Positions 33,208 to 45,944 of a DNA stretch of 64,000 bases are shown here, piece by piece (within the stretch, counting starts at the first letter, position 1; every line of letters starts with the position of its first letter). A program made the translations under genes and the position numbers. The stretch lies in the NCBI GenBank assembly GCA_964016885.1, contig OZ024741.1, positions 18,848,001 through 18,912,000 of the forward strand, given 5' to 3'. The notes beneath the pieces were generated by a model that worked only from the letters and a program-made list of their open reading frames with translations, made no database searches and was not told the origin of the DNA. The DNA is from Eledone cirrhosa (lineage: Eukaryota).

Positions 33208-33949
33208 TATGTATATATATAGATGTACGTATATATATATATATATAGATGTATGTATATATATAAATGTATGTATATATATATATATATAGATTATGTA
33301 TACATATAAATGTATATATATATATATAGATGTATGTATATATATATAGATGTATGTAGGTGAGTTTTATATATATATATTATATACAGATGTATGTATA
33401 TATAGATGTATGGATATATAGATGTATGGATATATAGATGTATGGATATATAAGATGTATGGATATATAAGATGTATGTATATATAAGATGTATGTATAT
33501 ATAAGATGTATGTATATATAAGATGTATGTATATATGGATGTATATATATATGTGTGTGTATATATATATATGTGTGTATATATATATATATGTGTGTAT
33601 GTGTGTATATATATATATATATGTGTGTATGTGTGTATATATATATATATGTGTGTATGTGTGTATATATATATATATATGTGTGTGTGTATATATATAT
33701 ATATGTGTATGTGTGTATATATATATATATGTGTGTATGTGTGTATATATATGTGTATGTGTGTATGTATATATGTATGTGTATGTATATATATATATAT
33801 ATGTATGTGTATGTATATATGTGTATGTGTATGTATATATATATATGTGTGTATGTATGTATATATATATGTGTATGTATATGTATGTGTCACACACTCA
33901 CACACGGAGAAAGAGGGGAGCATGAAAAGTAATTTCAAACATTATTGAT

Positions 33950-34302
33950 GTGGCAGTATCGGTAGAGGGTTGGATGCCATGCTTTTTAGCATAGTTACGT
34001 CCCTTTACGATCTGAGTTTAAATCCCGCCGAGGTTGACTTTGCCTTTCATCCTTACGGGGTCGATAAAATAAAGTACCAGTAATGCACTGGGTAATTGCT
34101 GGCCTTGTGCCTAAAGTAGAAACAAGTATTGGTAGAGGGTCGCACACCATGCTGTGTAGCAAAGAGTTACGGCCCTTTATGGTCTGAGTTCAAATCCAGC
34201 TGAGGTTAACTCTGCCTTTCATCCTTACGGGGTCGATAAAATAAAGTACCAGTAATGGACTGGAATAATTGCTGGCCTTGTGCCAAAAGTAAAGACAATT
34301 AT
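33950..34302 (+). mobile_element. Tandem dimer of 5'-truncated CORE/MIR-like SINEs
   Basis: Two consecutive copies (33950-34125 and 34126-34302) of the family at 18873. Confidence 0.85.
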
Positions 34303-34420
34303 TTCATGTTATTTAACTCTCCCCACTTCTACCATATTTCATAAATTTCTTTACAAAATCTTTCAACTTTCACATCACAATAATCCATGAATTAATGACA
34401 TCTTTTCTTTTTCTCTACAG

Positions 34421-34528
34421 AATGCTAAAATTTGGATACGTGATGAAACCCTTGTATGGCGAGAAGCTGAACTTGTTGAGGACTACAAAGGACAGAAAAC
34501 TCTCAAAGTCCTTGTATACGATAAAGGG
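34421..34528 (+). CDS. myo5: Internal coding exon of a class V myosin heavy chain (N-terminal SH3-like subdomain)
   Basis: Acceptor TCTTTTCTTTTTCTCTACAG and donor GG|GTGAGT; 108 bp, phase 0/0. Translation NAKIWIRDETLVWREAELVEDYKGQKTLKVLVYDKG aligns from memory with the myosin Va segment [28 protein letters not shown], which is also a phase-0 exon 2. Confidence 0.88.
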
Positions 34529-35218
34529 GTGAGTATAATGGGCCTTGTTTTGTTTTAGTAAATTTGATTGAATACTGAGTTATTTATTTTATCACAACTA
34601 TGTCTCCTCTCCATGATTTTTCCAATGCTACTATGATGGCCTCTGTTCTGTGTTTCCATCTTCCATTTGACTTCACAGGAAATACCTGCCTATTCTTTTC
34701 ACGTAATTATTACTCCTTTCATCTTCCACACCAGTCGCACTAAATATATTTTCCCAGTCCTTTTTTCTCAGAACTATATAAATATCTGAAATTTTCTCAT
34801 TGTCCATGCAGCCTAGTAATTAGAGTGTTGGTCTGTTGGTTTTGTAATTTTAAGATGGATGATGTATTGTGCTCTTGAGGAAGGCACTTCACTTCATTCA
34901 TTTAATCTACTCTGTTGAAAATGGGTGCCAGCTGCAGCTGGGTTAACCTTGTAATGAATAAATGTTCTGCAAAGGCAAGAGTTTTGTACTCTGTCATTTA
35001 ACATCGCATGAAACTGGGATAATCTCTGAGCTGATGGGCATTTAAGTTCAAGGACGACTAACTTTTTAACAACCCATTTGATCCTATATTTGTTAAAACA
35101 CTATATAAACCACATGAAGCTCGCTGGTCTATAAGGACCTGCAATAATCACAGACCCTGCCCTTCCTCCTCCTCCTTTGAATCTTTTATATTTCTATCTC
35201 ATCTCAGTAGTTGTCCTT

Positions 35219-35637
35219 CAACCAGGGAAACCATCTCATGTCAGATGTCTTGATTCCCTTATTTCAGCTGATCTTCACATTGAACCAGGGAAACCATCTC
35301 ATGTCAGATGTCTTAATTCCCTTATTTCAGCTGATCTTCACATTGAACCAGGGAAACCATCTTCTGTCAGATGTCTTGATTCCCTTATTTCAGCTGATCT
35401 TCACATTGAACCAGGGAAACCATCTTCTGTCAGATGTCTTGATTCCCTTATTTCAGCTGATCTTCACATTGAACCAGGGAAACCATCTTCTGTCAGATGT
35501 CTTGATTCCCTTATTTCAGCTGATCTTCACATTGAACCAGGGAAACCAACTCATGTCAGATGTTTTGATTCCCTTATTTCAACTGATCTTCACAATGAAC
35601 CAGGGAAACCAACTCATGTCAGATGTGTTGATTCCCT
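35219..35637. repeat. 63-bp minisatellite, ~6.7 copies
   Basis: Unit GAACCAGGGAAACCATCTTCTGTCAGATGTCTTGATTCCCTTATTTCAGCTGATCTTCACATT. Confidence 0.95.
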
Positions 35638-35661
35638 ATCATCATCATCATCATCATTTAA

Positions 35662-36046
35662 CCCTTTAGTATTTAAACTGGCCATATCCGGCCAGAAATT
35701 TCTCCCTTCTTTCTGTTCTAACTGGCCACTCATACTGATTTTTAGGTATTGCTCTCAACATAAGGAACAATCGACTTTCGTCAAATCGGACCGAGGAAAC
35801 AATGTTTCTATTGGTCTTTCCAAATGCTAGTACTATCTATTGGTCGCAACGCCAGGTAAAAGGAACAACGTGAAATAAAGTATCTTGCTCAAGGACATAA
35901 CGCATCGCCTGGTCCAGGAATCAAACTCACAACCTCAAGATTGTGAATCCAGTATTCATAGATTCGATATTGCGTGTGATATATGAAATAAAGCTTTTAC
36001 CACGAAAATACAATAGTATATATAGAGTAATGTAAATGCTAAAGGG
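35662..36046. mobile_element. piggyBac-like MITE with TTAA TSDs, interrupted by a SINE (35762-35955, -)
   Basis: TTAA|CCCTTTAGTATTTA ... TAAATGCTAAAGGG|TTAA. Confidence 0.75.
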
Positions 36047-36324
36047 TTAATATCTATTTTCCATGCTAGTATAAGTTAGACAGGCTGTCCCATTTGAGGC
36101 AAGTTGGGCCAGTTGACTGTATTTTGCTCATATCGAACTGTTATCACTGTTCATATTTTCAATACGGTCATTAATGGAGTGTATTTTTGAAGTTTGTCAA
36201 TGAAGCTGGGGGCTTGTTTTCCAATGGTTTATTCATCCATGCATTGGCTGCTATTGCATTAGATTTGAGGACATTTCTTTGGACCCTCTCACACAGTGAC
36301 CTGTCAATCAGATTCTATGCTGAG

Positions 36325-36920
36325 TTAAGTTCTTATTTGTCCTCTTATTCCTGAGAGTGTTGTGGGGGGCAAAGTCCTCAAACACTCCTTCCAACAGGTT
36401 CTGTCAGAAGTAACCGTCTCCAATTGATACGGCTGGATCCCCAAGCGAGACCAGCCAAGCTCATGGATGTTATCCAACCATGTTGCTCGGGGTCTACTCC
36501 TGGGTCTCCTATCAGTTGGTTTTGCCTGTAAAATCTGTCCAGCGATTCTTTCCTGGGACATTCTAGCCAGATCATCATCATTTTACGTCCGCTTTTCCCT
36601 GCTTGCAAGGGTGGGATGGCCCCTATTCAGCACAGCATCTCTCCACTTGTCACGATCCTTTGTCATCTCCTCCATGAGCTTCTGAGGTCTGCTCTCACCA
36701 CCTCCACACATGTTTTTTGTGGTCTTCTGCTACTGTGTCTTCCTTCTACTGGCATTTCTTGGCACTTCTTTACCCAGATGCTCATAGTATCGGAGCTGTG
36801 ATCTCTCAATTTAGAGAAGTAGTGGCTCTACCTGGAGTAACTTTCTGATCTCAAAGTTATGCACTCTATCGAGTAACGTTACTCCAAAGACCCTTTGGAG
36901 GGACCCCATTTCAGCTGTTT
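36325..36920 (-). mobile_element. RTE-like LINE fragment with nested RTE insertion (36573-36773)
   Basis: The host sequence is continuous in the copy at 9010-9350; the insert is flanked by a CCAGAT duplication (36567-36572, 36774-36779). Confidence 0.75.
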
Positions 36921-37729
36921 GTATTAGTTAACTTTTAATTTATCTTTTCAATTAACTTTGGCATGTCTGACCATCTTGACGTTCTCTATTGGTGGTGTGC
37001 CTCTCCCAAGTACTCTTTCTACACAGTGGCCCATAAAGTTTTCATTTGTTAATATGTTAACATAATGCTTTTGGTCTGATCTAACGATTGGCACATTTAC
37101 TTTCATTCTAGCCAAAAGGTGTTTTGCTTAAAAATACATAATTTGAAGCATTTTAAAGGGTATGTTAATGAACAAACAGGCATTTTAGAGTTTTAGTAAT
37201 ATTGTGTGCGTGTGTGTATATATATGTATGTATGTATGTATGTCGATTATGTTTCTCAATTGGTATATATCCTGTTATATATCGTTTAAACATGTACACA
37301 CATACACACACACACATACACCCCCCCACACACACACACACGAAGTGCCAGGAGAGTGGGGGGGGGGCGCTTAGATTTCTATTTGATGTTAAATGACAGC
37401 AATTATTTTCTGTAGAAAAGTGTTAAAGCTTAACTGTGAAGTGTTTAGCAGCAAGATATATACATATATACATACATATATATATCGTCATCTTTATATA
37501 TATATGTATATATATATATGTATATATATATATATAGTAAACTGCTGGCAAATGATGTGAGGGCAAGATCTTGCTTGGCAGGGTTCCACCAACAGCTTAG
37601 CTTTCAGACAGAATTTGGCAATATTTGATGTTATATTTATGTGTTCTTCACTATTGTCCAAATGATATATGGTTAATGTGAATGGGAGGGGAGTGCCAGC
37701 ATATATAGTAAATAGCCATATTGCTTGAA

Positions 37730-38168
37730 AATGGTGGAGTGAGCTGGTGGTAAGGTCTAGTGGGGTCAAGTGATAGTAGTGGGGGGGTTAGTGAGGTGAG
37801 CTGGTGGTAGGGCCTCGTGGTAGGGGTCAGTGGGGGGTTAGTGGGTGAGTTGGTGGTGGTAAGACCCAGTGGGGTCGGGTGATGGTAGTGGGGCGTTAGT
37901 GAGGTGAACTGGTGGTGGGGGTTAGTGAGGTCGGATGATGGTAGGACCTAGTGGGGTCGGGTGATGGTAGTGGGGGGGGGGGGTTAGTGGGGTGAGCTGA
38001 TGGTGGTAGGGGTTAGTAGGGTAAGGTGGTGGTGGTAGGGATTGGTGGGGTGCGGTGGTAGAGGTTAGTGGTGTGAGCAGGTGGTGGTAGGGATTAGTGG
38101 GGTGTGGTGGTGGTGGTAGGTGTTTAGTGGGGTTGGCTGATGGTGGTGTTTTTAGAGGTTAGTGGGTT
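37730..38168. repeat. G-rich low-complexity (GGT/GGGGTTAGT) tract
   Basis: Direct reading; many G3+ runs. Confidence 0.85.
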
Positions 38169-38349
38169 ATAAAGGGAATCTTTGGATTTTGTTACAAAAT
38201 ATAACGACTTAATAATACCAAATAGTTAATATTTCTGTGAATAGGTTGTGGTCCCATTTTTCATAAAGGTCCAGTAAATCAGTCACATGTTGGCTTATTC
38301 ACATAATTTTGTGAGAAAAGGTGCAATGCATTATACAGAAGTATATCAG

Positions 38350-38387
<38 letters not shown>

Positions 38388-38572
38388 TCGTTTTATTAAG
38401 ACTAAAATGTGAGTCTTGTCACTCTGGAGTTTCACTTGTTTAACACAGGGTCTGACTCACTATTTAGCTTTAATAAAATAAACATTAAAACTCTACTTCA
38501 GTATTGAGGACTTTTTCCTCTCAGCCGTCAACTACATACAGATATATATATATATATATATATTTATGTGTG

Positions 38573-38803
38573 TGTTAGGTAATTCCGAAGGAAAAGCAAA
38601 GGAAAAAAGAGTGCTCTATGTATAGAACAGAGCTATTTAATTAGAAAGTGAACAACACGAAATATAACTACTCCATTACGAAAGGTTTCTGGATCCCAGA
38701 CATCTCTGTCTGATGACCGATCCAGACGTATATTAATATTGTCTGGGATCCAGAAACCTTTGGTAATAGAATAGTTATATTTTGTGTTGTTCATTTTCTA
38801 ATT
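38573..38803. mobile_element. Short palindromic PLE-type remnant with hammerhead-like core (family copy 2)
   Basis: Plus strand 38704-38771 reads CTCTGT-CTGATGA-ccGATCCAGAC...GTCTGGGATCca-GAAA-CC-TTT-GG-TA-ATAGAA; inverted arms; inserted in (TA)n. Confidence 0.6.
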
Positions 38804-39282
38804 ATATATATATATAATGTGGTTGACAGCTGAGAGGGAAGAGTCCTCAATACCGAAGTAGAGTTCTTGAACTATATATGTATTAAAAACAGTCTTAGTA
38901 TGACACTTAGGAGGAAGTAGAAGAGGATTTGACAAGTAGTTTATTGTGTGACTGGAGGAGTTTATTATGAATGTGACTGGATGAGTCCATTGTCAATGTC
39001 ATCCATTCATCTGGTGTTAACTTGTTAAGCAGCTGCATTGCACATATCTTGCTAATGCCCACATTGGTGCTAAATTTTCTTCTGTCTTTTTTCTTTTCTT
39101 TTCCTCATCTTCTTCCCCCTCTTTCTCCACCTCCTCCTCTTCCTCCATCATCTATTAGTGTTTCATCCTTTTATTGGGCAATAAAATACTAGTAATGCCT
39201 TCTCAGGAATACTGACATGTTTGGAACCACCCTCAGACTTACTGATGTGGCAGCACAACATATAGATAGATACTATTAATTC

Positions 39283-39560
39283 AACTACTACTACTACCCG
39301 TTATATCCACTGCCATGTAGGGCAGCGACAAAGGTTCTCCACTCCTGTTTATCATAGCTCAGCTTCTGGATGTACCTCATGTGTGTTGCCAAGTCTTTAT
39401 CTCTCCCTCAACTGTTCTGCCTCAGGTGTTCTTAGGCCTTCCTCATTTTCACCTGCCTTCTCGTGTCCAGTGAAGGGCTGTTTTGGGGATACTATCTTGC
39501 TCTGTTCTGAGAACCTGCCCTATCCACTCCCATCTTCTTCTGAGAAGGATTGCTGATATA
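39283..39560 (-). mobile_element. RTE-type LINE 3' end with (TAG)n tail
   Basis: Reverse complement encodes a WEWIGQVLR...ALHWTREGR...GRPKNT-like segment followed by TAGTAGTAG. Confidence 0.65.
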
Positions 39561-40078
39561 GAGACAGAGGTAGATATTTACTATTAATCACCAAATAAAT
39601 GTCAAATATTTAAATGTCTGTTTTGATATTACAATCAGTTGGATAAATATTTACAAATAATCTTCAAATATATTAGGAATTGGGTATGCTCCATTGTGTG
39701 AGTAATGTTAATATGCTTCAATGATAAAACACAGATTAACTAAGAGAAAAACTGGGATTAAGAGGAATGAATTGTAGCGTACAAGAAAGAAGGTTGCACT
39801 GGTCTGGACAATATTGATAATGATTGTAGGGTATAGGAATTGGCAGAGGTTTCAAGTGGATGGTTGCTGTGGAAGAGGAAGACCAAGAAAGCTGTGAACA
39901 GAGGTGGTAAACATGACATCAAGAAACTGAACTGAACACAAAGGAAATGACAGAGGAGAGATGCAGTACTGGAAGAAACTTGTCTAACTAACCTTTGTAA
40001 ACATACAAAAATGTGGGCAAAGTGGGTGAGAGTTGATCTCAAGGAACAGAACCTGACAAAGGAAGCCATCTAGTGGAA

Positions 40079-40779
40079 AGATGTTGTATTGGAGAGGACA
40101 CATTTAACCCATGCTAGCATGGTAAAACAAATATGATGGTGATGGTGATATGTCAAATATTTAAATGTCTATTTTGATATAATTACAACCAATTTTGTTT
40201 GTATTATGAAAGACAGGTGAAGTGAGAGGACAATGACTGAATTTCTGAAACATAATTGAAATAAAATAGAAATAAATTAACTAAATTACAAATTAAAGTT
40301 ACTCATTTCTTATGATACATTTTACTGTGAAAAAGAACATCTATTTATTTATTTCCATTAAATAAACTTAATGTAAACAACAATAAATGAACAATGATCA
40401 AGGAAACCAATTGTGGTCAGTGTTGGTAAATAGTGACCAGTTGACCACTACTCGTTTAAGAGGCTACTAAAATTTAATTTATTTAGTGATAAAAAAAACC
40501 CATAAATAAATAAATAGATGTTCTTTTTCACAGTAAAATGTATCATAAGAAATGAGTAACTTTAATTTGTAATTTAGTTAATTTATTTCTATTTTATTTC
40601 AATTATGTTTCAGAAATTCAGTCATTGTCCTCTCACTTCACCTGTCTTTCATAATAAAAACAAAATTGGTTGTAATTATATCAAAATAGACATTTAAATA
40701 TTTGACATATCACCATCACCATCATATCTGTTTTACCATGCTAGCATGGGTTAAATGTGTCCTCTCCAATACAACATCT
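40079..40779. repeat. Near-perfect 276-bp inverted repeat with 149-bp spacer
   Basis: 40079-40354 vs 40504-40779; two mismatches seen by eye. Confidence 0.95.
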
Positions 40780-41009
40780 CTCCCCACTTTGTCAGGTTCT
40801 GTTTCTTGAGGTCAGCTTTTACCACTGCTGTCCACGTCTTTCCATTCTTACAAGGGTTAATTAGACAAGTATTGCATGCTTCCACCCGTTTCATCTCTAT
40901 GAGATAGTTTCTTCATGTCCACAGCATATCTATCCCCTTCTTTCATGGTCTTCACTTTTTCTCTGGTTGCCCTCCACTCGGATCTCCTACCACTTCTTCA
41001 CCCAACAAT

Positions 41010-44000
41010 CATTCTCCCTATATATTACATGTCCATACCACTGTAACATTCTCCCTATATATTACATGTCCATACCACTAACAGTCTCCCTATATATTAC
41101 ATGTCCATACCACTAACAGTCTCCCTATATATTACATGTCCATACCACTAACAGTCTCCCTATATATTACATGTCCATACCACTAACATTCTCTCTATAT
41201 ATTACATGTCCATACCACTGTAACATACTCCCTATATATTACATGTCCATACCACTAACATTCTCTCTATATATTACATATCCATACCACTGTAACATTC
41301 TCCCTATATATTACATGTCCATACCACTAACATTCTCTCTATATATTACATGTCCATACCACTGTAACATTCTCTCTATATATTACATGTCCATACCACT
41401 AACATTCTCTCTATATATTACATATCCATACCACTGTAACATTCTCCCTATATATTACATGTCCATACCACTGTAACATACTCCCTATATATTACATGTC
41501 CATACCACTAACAGTCTCTCTATATATTACATGTCCATACCACTGTAACATTCTCTCTATATATTACATGTCCATACCACTAACAGTCTCTCTATGTATT
41601 ACATATCCATACCACTGTAACATTCTCTCTATATATTACATGTCCATACCACTAACAGTCTCCCTATATATTACATGTCCATACCACTAACATTCTCTCT
41701 ATATATTACATGTCCATACCACTAACAGTCTCTCTATGTATTACATATCCATACCACTAACATTCTCTCTATATATTACATGTCCATACCACTAACAGTC
41801 TCCCTATATATTACATGTCCATACCACTAACAGTCTCTCTATGTATTACATATCCATACCACTGTAACATTCTCCCTATATATTACATGTCCATACCACT
41901 AACAGTCTCTCTATGCATTACATGTCCATACCACTGTAACATTCTCCCTATATATTACATGTCCATACCACTAACAGTCTATCTATGCAATACATGTCCA
42001 TACCACTGTAACAGTCTCCCTTAATATTACATGTCCATACCACTAACAGTCTCTCAATGTATTACATATCCATACCACTAACATTCTCTAATACATATCC
42101 ATACCACTAACAGTCTCTCTATGTATTACATGTCCATACCACTGTAACATTCTCCCTATATATTACATGTCCATACCACTAACAGTCTCTCTATGTATTA
42201 CATATCCATACCACTGTAACATTCTCTCTATATATTACATGTCCATACCACTAACAGTCTCCCTATATAATACATGTCCATACCACTAACAGTCTCTCTA
42301 TGTATTACATATCCATACCACTAACATTCTCTCTATATATTACATATCCATACCACTGTAACATTCTCCCTATATATTACATGTCCATACCACTAACATT
42401 CTCTCTATATATTACATGTCCATACCACTGTAACATTCTCTCTATATATTACATGTCCATACCACTAACATTCTCCCTATATATTACATGTCCATACCAC
42501 TGTAACATACTCCCTATATATTACATGTCCATACCACTAACAGTCTCTCTATATATTACATGTCCATACCACTGTAACATTCTCTCTATATATTACATGT
42601 CCATACCACTGTAACATTCTCTCTATATATTACATGTCCATACCACTGTAACATTCTCTCTATATATTACATGTCCATACCACTAACAGTCTCTCTATAT
42701 ATTACATGTCCATACCACTGTAACATTCTCTCTATATATTACATGTCCATACCACTAACAGTCTCTCTATATATTACATCTCCATACCACTAACAGTCTC
42801 TCTATATATTACATGTCCATACCACTAACAGTCTCCCTATATATTACATGTCCATACCACTGTAACATTCTCCCTATATATTACATGTCCATACAACTAA
42901 CAGTCTCTCTATGTATTACATGTCCATACCATTGTAACATTCTCCCTATATATTACATGTCCATACCACTAACAGTCTCTCTATGCATTACATGTCCATA
43001 CCATTGTAACATTCTCCCTATATATTACATGTCCATACCACTAACAGTCTATCTATGCAATACATGTCCATACCACTGTAACAGTCTCCCTTAATATTAC
43101 ATGTCCATACCACTAACACTCTCTCAATGTATTACATATCCATACCACTAACATTCTCTAATACATATCCATACCACTAACAGTCTCTCTATGTATTACA
43201 TGTCCATACCACTGTAACATTCTCCCTATATATTACATGTCCATACCACTAACAGTCTCTCTATGTATTACATATCCATACCACTGTAACATTCTCTCTA
43301 TATATTACATGTCCATACCACTAACAGTCTCCCTATATATTACATGTCCATACCACTAACAGTCTCTCTATGTATTACATATCCATACCACTGTAACATT
43401 CTCCCTATATATTACATGTCCATACCACTAACAGTCTCTCTATGCATTACATGTCCATACCACTGTAACATTCTCCCTATATATTACATGTCCATACCAC
43501 TAACAGTCTCTCTATGTATTACATATCCATACCACTGTAACATTCTCTCTATATATTACATGTCCATACCACTAACAGTCTCTCTATGTATTACATGTCC
43601 ATACCACTGTAACATTCTCCCTATATATTACATGTTCATACCACTAACAGTCTCTCTATGTATTACATATCCATACCACTGTAACATTCTCTCTATATAT
43701 TACATGTCCATACCACTAACAGTCTCCCTATATATTACATGTCCATACCACTGTAACATTCTCCCTATATATTACATGTCCATACCACTAACAGTCTCCC
43801 TATATATTACATGTCCATACCACTGTAACATTCTCCCTATATATTACATGTCCATACCACTAACAGTCTCTCTATGTATTACATGTCCATACCATTGTAA
43901 CATCCTCCCTATATATTACATGTCCATACCACTAACAGTCTCTCTATGCATTACATGTCCATACCATTGTAACATTCTCCCTATATATTACATGTCCATA

Positions 44001-44430
44001 CCACTAACAGTCTATCAATGCAATACATGTCCATACCACTGTAACAGTCTCCCTTAATATTACATGTCCATACCACTAACAGTCTCTCAATGTATTACAT
44101 ATCCATACCACTAACATTCTCTAATACATATCCATACCACTAACAGTCTCTCTATGTATTACATGTCCATACTACTGTAACATTCTCCCTATATATTACA
44201 TGTCCATACCACTAACAGTCTATCAATGCAATACATGTCCATACCACTGTAACAGTCTCCCTTAATATTACATGTCCATACCACTAACAGTCTCTCAATG
44301 TATTACATATCCATACCACTAACATTCTCTAATACATATCCATACCACTAACAGTCTCTCTATGTATTAGATGTCTATACCACTGTAACAGTCTCCCTAT
44401 ATATTGCATGTCCATACCACTGTAAGTCTC
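41010..44430. repeat. 30/32-bp minisatellite (~3.4 kb) derived from RTE coding sequence
   Basis: Unit CTC(C/T)CTATATATTACATGTCCATACCACT(GT)AACA(G/T)T, contiguous with the RTE fragment at 40930-41010. Confidence 0.93.
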
Positions 44431-45269
44431 CCTTATATATCTGATTGCTCTACTCTGCAGTTTCTCTCTCACTTCATTTGTCTTGTAGTTCCTGTACACT
44501 AACATTATACAGCTAATGCGACATGTTTGATTCTTAATATATTTGGTGATTCATCATTATTTAATGTCCATTTTCCATGCTAGCATGTGTTAGACAAGCT
44601 ATGCTGTTGTGAGACAAGCCAGGTCAGATGACCATGTTTTTCTCATACAGAACTGATTCTGGTTTAGTTTCTATGGCTGGATGCCCTCTCCTAATGCCAT
44701 GCTCTTCCTAACACCAGCTCTTCTTAATATTTGTAAACATCTGTTTTTCAAAAAACAAACAAAATTGATTTTTATAATATCAAAATAAATATTTAAATAA
44801 AAATCTATTTTGGTGCTCCGACATAGTGATATACATATGAATGTATGTATTGTACATTGAACAATATACCAGATGTTTATGAAAGACATTTGAAGGCCTT
44901 TTGCTATGAATTTTTAAGGCTGTGATGATCGTCATACACCGAACCTCAGCAAAAACAGGGGGAAGTAATTGATGCATTTCTAGCTTATTAGCTGTTAGCA
45001 AGACTACTTATCTCCCCATCTTTCCTCAGGCTAATGTAAGCTTGAATCTTATAGATTTCAGCTTATGTTTATAAGCTGATGAAACTCATTTGCATACGGA
45101 GTGGCAGACAGCCCCGCTTTAATTAAAAATGTGTGTTGGTTTTATTATTCAATATACAATACGGACACGCAAATATTTAAATATTTGGCATATTTGGTGA
45201 TTGTTGTTCAATATTCATAGCTGATATACAGTAATCTATAGAAATTGTTACATTTGTAAATTATGTGGT

Positions 45270-45860
45270 ACAGGTAGATAGTGTTTGTTACCCAGGTAAC
45301 ATAATTAGTGCTATAGAAATAGGTAGTGTCTGTTACCTAGGTGGCATAATTTGTCTTATGATATTGGGGACTATTAATTAGTTGACACACACGGTCTGTC
45401 ACCTGGGTGACATAATTACTGCTCTGTGACACAGTGTTTGTTACCCAGGTAACATAATTATTGCTACGAAAATAGGTAGAAGTGTCTGTTACTTAGGTGA
45501 CATAATTAGTCTTATGGTGTTGGGGGCTATTAATTAGTTGACACAGTATGTTTCTTAGGAACATAATTAGTGTTAGTGTGACACAGTGTCTGTTACCTTG
45601 GTGATATAATTAGTACTATGGCAAGGGACAAGGTTAATTATGTGACACAGTGTCTGATAACTAAGTGACTTAATTAGTGCTATGTGGGTGGTTGTAGTGA
45701 GTTTTAATTATGTGGTAGCGGTAAACGTGTCTGTTACCTAGGTGACCTAATTAGTCATATGAGACACAGGTAGTGTCTGTTACCCAGGTGACATAGTTAG
45801 TGTTACAGGGTGAGGCAGGGTGGATAGCTGTAGTGTTTTTGTTATATGACACAGGGTGTC
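45270..45860. repeat. Degenerate tandem repeat (GTGTCTGTTACCTAGGTGACATAATTAGT core)
   Basis: Core recurs about ten times with variable spacing. Confidence 0.75.
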
Positions 45861-45944
45861 AGTTGATGTGAGTGTTGTCGTGGGTGATTACTACTGAATG
45901 AAGGAGTGGCCATGTTAGGTCTACAGATTTTAGGTCAGTGTGTC

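Noticed and set aside
35177-35830. 217-aa ORF with a hydrophobic N-terminus and 21-aa repeats
   Set aside because: It has a TTG start, lies in a 63-bp minisatellite and runs into MITE/SINE sequence, with no exon evidence.
37770-38168. Telomere-like GGGGTTAG motifs
   Set aside because: There is no tandem (TTAGGG)n run, only degenerate G-rich low complexity.
45040-45110. Hairpin TCAGCTTAT-GTTT-ATAAGCTGA overlapping CTGATGA
   Set aside because: The CTGATGA and GAAA boxes do not fall in hammerhead order on one strand.
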